Shown here in pieces: positions 39,701 through 40,505 of a stretch of DNA of 40,505 nucleotides (position 1 is the first letter of the stretch; each line of letters begins with the position of its first letter). The DNA is taken from contig JADHOZ010000003.1 of the NCBI GenBank assembly GCA_016778745.1, forward strand, positions 1-40,505, written 5' to 3'. A program made the position numbers and the translations under genes. The notes under the pieces are model-generated. The model did no database searches and had not been told where the DNA came from. It saw only the letters and a list, made by a program, of their open reading frames with translations. The stretch comes from Rickettsiales bacterium (lineage in GTDB: Bacteria > Pseudomonadota > Alphaproteobacteria > Rickettsiales > UBA1997).

Positions 39701-40505
39701 ATATCAAGGTGTCATTACTGCTACAGATGGTTTTAATTTTGCTTCTTTAAACAATATTGCCATAACAGATCAAGTCGAATCCTTACATACTGCATTTCAG
39801 GAGTTGCAAGCCTTAAATAATAAACATACAAAAGCCTTTGAAGTTCCTGATAGTAAGAGCATTATAACTAATGTAAGAGACGAAGTTCTAGAACGTAAGA
39901 TTACAGAATTATCTGATTTAGAGCATGAAGTTTTCAAGCAATTGACAAATTACTTAGATGCTATCGTATTATTGGGCGCTAAAAGTAAAAAAGCGGTTAG
40001 TTCGGGTCATTATAATAGTGTTCAAATTAATTCTTTACTTGAACAGTGGCAAGGTATTATAGATTCTGGTGTAAAGGGTGATGAAGAATTAGAAAAAATA
40101 TTTCGACAATGGCAACAGAAACAAAGTAAGAATAGCTCGGATTTGGTAAATGAAGGATTGGCTCAATTTACGGCATTGAAGGATTTTGTTGGGAATTATG
40201 GTAGATTACTAACCCTAAAGCGTATGCCAGTTGGTAAGGTTCAGCCGGAAGGAACCGTTTATACTCGTATTGGCAATGTGAGGGATTATCTTATCACGCA
40301 AAAACAGGATGCTGTCAAAAAGGAAACATTCATAAGAGATTCTTTGAGAAATTTCCGAAAAAAGATTGCGGAGTTAGACCTTTCTGTGGAGAGTGGTGCC
40401 TTATGTTTCGACCAGCTTCATGAGTTATTTACAAACGCTGGTAGTTTAACAAAAGATAACTTTGCAAATAGCGCCATAAGAAATAATTTCTTAGATGAGA
40501 GTGGT
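27714..40505 (+). CDS. Giant protein (at least 4,260 aa, 3'-truncated by the window) with an internal SecA-like ATPase domain and a possible kinase-like domain
   Basis: Frame opens after TAA 27711-27713 (GTG 27714, or ATG 27780 MLREMAVLDIG). No stop was found in any stretch I translated, including the last line (...NNFLDESG). The ORF track lists nothing in this frame, consistent with no stop before the edge. Confidence 0.9.
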   Translation, partial: MPGESQLKNKIEEYKNGGSRARMLREMAVLDIGALATTDLNQIEFEFDTKNPRKLKSKQSGKYYEYYRDPSMMVAIYQCLFRSLNKDVKEFLQTLDEKLKIFDANGVLDEVASRYHKSLVFTDFIKRKRADADIRIEQEDLDHIFQFIVANKLSIEEARGILGNTFADAEIGDDVKAKIKGFFCDYLQSNLQEIGWFNAGSEDVKHEAGDVVTENIGVVRSFETIKSGFDGELVNACNIDEVFNHCQAEYDRVFKEQYNAKMLYFLFIIMDERHEYRSRQYGADWGEYHKCVAEINDLLADPNFDVKDYFKQYGVNIHDFDFLEKIDLSDSKIVYSIKTELKGASKRVNYGDDLRFLGSPIHQYILEYDLKRFSSYDIVDRENRRDRSEVERKFKSYYRDFYDSFTNRDEFGFALLKTQIASINKKEKRGILRNSQKVMGDRSADIYVNLSDNVRVSKFYELPLSSDDRESVIGKVVLFDVVLEEESIAAINDDDELRGLVTGRQEYEYQGIRYVEIGFNSLNESQQNKLLDIINRFPRVDIRYIDYLDDDHFDYDSRDAQKNIKTRSFININKAAEAELISIIQNPDYTEKFAKYCRNPKYKSLAASILSLRAKNQEVDDIDVIYKKLLEHAYEKSLLKDERDIYITPNLDLGWGEGDDYLDASAIVPIFEEIIASGKNISANSLHLSLADGSDFRWALDELKRRISDKDDYLDLKGRPFPIAQLVINCNDFLMDGVSDIAEFQKRLSETLAGFDALGVRKLRINSGFGKLNQIGIDAKIFGEILDAALLDVGVEVSFEYCYQSDESVVTKEKARVSAVKQRRIQAKLTDPDDLNIYRKIEPEGEDPDEKHYSKGHQFLFGSASYSEEAEVHEDQEQEQEMEVYVDQNEIEDYSDKVEEGVSFEDEDLVSKENIALRMALSSKDRAYFAVPKTISQLPKESIQDIWDEITGGSAAFNDQSKKLSNDDFRIDKMTKKAALMLLKHKVDGRFAGGLNLRRLPQGFYMARNLLDNKIILDFDITRRTKDSAFIMDFADIDSVLCDEPGAAYKKEINDLVNEIVADISLRNEGSDEFAELLHTNLFRDLAEEEIDIVPESKFLEVLNKVKNISQSEFNLLLHLLKNNLEVAPRANAILLVESFLTLKDKLHGHGVVIQDDIVPAIKQKEDLRALSYRILEILKYVDKEGVCEVARESPQGLKQRIFNEMLQGKISLAEHGMYHALYCDGLINFDAALAIDGSEVGIGEYDDKISYLVSEKSLFRFLANNLAKHDVEDKDLQKATILFLRYVVTPVQDRVNEFKVSYENAKAFIGDFGVGLDPKKGLRIIKLFLDFKVKHYEQGLNLVSNLNGVEDLDVFCDIVNQLKSLRPSFTDIARLAKLYAPLDPEQKADFAKNISDIVSIQPDWRYFSRIIENLVTHTAGRNYSFSEICSAIQLPPLDDRFERDDYHKKFLAATLLKKSEEDHQNITDVPWSEIVGGLVHPEGDLVHPKLKTPDSLIPFDDFKTLNYNNLGSYPYIESSELVGFNYDYFSLDHIKLQFQEGEDLRVIDAYYKRKTNDWSFTLELKNESGARSRMGAKYLNFLNEFDTAFRIDFLRVFIGDKKVKLKEERLLRDVEKNIDGFFKKFLAFDYRDDRDGVIKKYNVSVSSRQQIYATSFKVLAKLYHKFPSDAPVLIGAFYGGRFDQYQKGDDKIKFLHYLGEFLDVCSRDFSLNLFEKYASLRFNQKITDKLVGDEAVKKFLLNIVDNEFVSDDVKTGMLDLLAVDSHKPNMVAFTGTHSSSGLGLIVDVNQNLIDKISSKKHVNQYNIKARPLKEGEENKIRFAYEVGSRKFKRWSKQKLLNNDVLLVSLKLPITSSKEVSQIVYDIDDFGTHISIDVLKEVDSDDVIGFFVSGHQHYVRCADLRKYCERLGEMTIIDFKNNIANAIKHKDAVIIYKFNNKKRALPISELSDDITIRKKQISDLVAINSGRFLDVDKEFLSSVHKKILAHNKGFKYKDFLKSFKEVISVIDAIDDQLYVASEDENLVKKFPGLDDAIVGHKIRNYANFYKRRFYDLLNQLLEYDDDVALECVKKIEEIFKSSHIRSLPGNVYIKDIKDLFTQNLETFWNSNGDVEILFLRAKKVIDNCKGKELEVLDRYVSDDETVKHIMHYDVKVDAIYLKIKNAIQNSSGLGNYKDRVLTFVNGIFYQNVNISNRVLFKRLVVEKLGDKVINLIDSLSDELRSASVEQALTLVKQFENNQIFVDLDRDPNLNIDFIELEQFDDSKTDLANYIDTLIGNPEISQSIKEHLSVVDAKKYQYFVLGKSDLMVRIQDNVNKLKSEQISKKESIACKLDMLALLRESYRRVHGKYPYTTQLLPLIYFVTAQDSQAANENFSKIMAEISTGQGKSLLSSIYVSFQALNGKASHVTSSTDVLSKRDFRENQNFYSYLGLKSHYIDNKGVNPNGDEEDVKYEKGRIYHSTASNFYFFLSKNRLSGEELDVDIGDRSWLSDETDTLLDNKTLWRLSVNGSGGDDLREFYYFVNDFYDNNAERIDRILSGGEPNSRIVSEFKEKLEREYEDLFSYFKFNICVGSDKIVDDKIALLLSSAKKAAHYTEDNDFTIQQILLDGVTYNCARILKKPSNEPDLSSTWGDGVHPLLHARLERSKNIGRFILDKENVAITSGTPKQLVEYCGNFVGITGTMGRKEDLELISNQFGISHAVKVQPHQLLKRKDMGSVLIDGGLETDETLPFNDKQFTKLRKILSGQDKFKSSNPHGINHNRVNNQPVLIICENVAEAKLLYQELGKNAIEDIELQIIDGSESDIEMEKKIKKAGRKNVVTISTPISGRGTDIRVSADAKKEGLYTILMSVFNERETAQAEGRSGRNGDEGKTISLINANKKNIKEALQKVDFDEEGQRKYLDSQERIHQLREVLFAKHRENLKKQVAESVLIEEKYREFCFYRSEFLKQAKLAQMTDVTSLTREMENLFANFLNNDMSVCLKKYKMEDGKFDNDQFAENVTNLVEQRFELFLQLRLFPLMKVKCEKIEELPAISQEFKKHVQGRVQNKMLALQQKIDTYKPLAPSQPNEKREKYSSDDELYGITGLYLRQRDPAPADDLIKDIYIQAEGEVQHYQYKPLSFDGYYSHVQQHMIHFADLASAGFRKVYLGTQDDSVAQGDISRERDSSGCYISKVDEVDEVDEMVHNNILAIYGVNDAVLMKNPHGAQIVLLPMCEDIEKSKKIIRVFFGRYDLTSNIECIAPLHDGSVAIINSSTLGIKKRHGSPVIPGGASGSDNRRGNSNIFDRGARVDIIDDSASFQSWNTFQTKIAQYCHDTLLDHERLSEFQTQNLFIRSYIAGGLDKVDVSGDITSDFRNKQLIADNKAYGRAISHIARINDGTFGVANVSIASLDDVSVLSAFDNSWLAQYVVEIQTILQKLHHSIKFSHLRGDEFEISCDSAGNRLIETIAYTFGGDVNKTPDNRYRISLKGINERNKFLNNILRSTQLLPPGFNDDDSDNLSRSYKDIIFNTVIEKAQISYREKVGRVQRGDDGKITEEFKANIKARFDAARGDEDRKSSMSLRHLELFLEINKRIIERSSAAVSELDRVTLDDKYTLYCNIDNGVTVNDDQTLGELVKKTSVADYAATITAEAKMASDYDRNVKAVADSSLQNRESRENEKKKIKERYKTLSVNNAKNSNPGHSIVDTIVKDFKEYAKGKVGEFRSLGIDVEGDLLKNIDKDNIVAKDQIIQKYNRVAKLIVDINAILRKFDCNNVNYQKGEQYLRRLRSKLRVDEDSITKLDESTKEAIDKEDSLSEVAGKYRFNSFETLRETIKDEINSKLEEANKANIISSNHSTINVDFAGHKKTLELYNSRVGVRDILVKFYEKINAIDSLNSNSEELTQEIVDLFSDNGVINVANFTPNIISKLGEGIGKDELQQFINDFKGNPDIADILNDEVIKTLVKDIGTRLSGKRAALQGNETRVQNDLDKIVQIINDLNSGSVFSYEVEQYQGVITATDGFNFASLNNIAITDQVESLHTAFQELQALNNKHTKAFEVPDSKSIITNVRDEVLERKITELSDLEHEVFKQLTNYLDAIVLLGAKSKKAVSSGHYNSVQINSLLEQWQGIIDSGVKGDEELEKIFRQWQQKQSKNSSDLVNEGLAQFTALKDFVGNYGRLLTLKRMPVGKVQPEGTVYTRIGNVRDYLITQKQDAVKKETFIRDSLRNFRKKIAELDLSVESGALCFDQLHELFTNAGSLTKDNFANSAIRNNFLDESG
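34720..36350 (+). other. SecA-type SF2 ATPase motor domain inside the giant ORF
   Basis: LRESYRRVHGKYPYTTQL (Q), AEISTGQGKS (I, 34857-34886), HVTSSTDVLSKRD (Ia), DETD (II, 35193), WGDGVH, VGITGT (III), QPVLII (IV), ISGRGTDI (V, GRGTDI at 36204) and QAEGRSGRNG (VI, 36297). Confidence 0.92.
37245..37271 (+). repeat. In-frame 9-bp tandem repeat x3 (VDE)3
   Basis: GTTGATGAA repeated three times exactly. Confidence 0.8.

Noticed and set aside
1-40505. CRISPR arrays, tRNA or rRNA genes
   Set aside because: No repeat-spacer periodicity or RNA-gene signature was seen; the apparently non-coding right third is coding.

Overview
AT-rich bacterial window with a strong G/T skew on the + strand. It is probably alphaproteobacterial and possibly Rickettsiales-like; this is inferred from an alpha-type RpoH promoter and several effector-like orphan genes. 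From left to right it holds: a 5'-truncated double histidine kinase, an IS256 remnant, a signal-peptide-bearing Hsp20, and a DxD glycosyltransferase-like orphan. Next is a divergent locus with Fur-like boxes, with a TonB receptor plus bacterioferritin on one side and a DUF6662 porin / FMN-binding protein / ApbE / cytochrome-b-like flavinylation operon on the other. Then come a His-rich membrane orphan, a TetR-FieF pair divergent from a bufferin (DUF2282/DUF692/DUF2063/DoxX) RiPP cluster, and a tightly coupled RND pump-DinB-NRDE/TANGO2-monomodular NRPS (C-A-PCP-E*) operon. The last 12.8 kb, which the ORF track misses because there is no stop codon, is one open frame of at least 4,260 aa running off the right edge. 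It contains a full SecA-type ATPase motor followed by a degenerate protein-kinase-like domain, and is a candidate giant effector or toxin.
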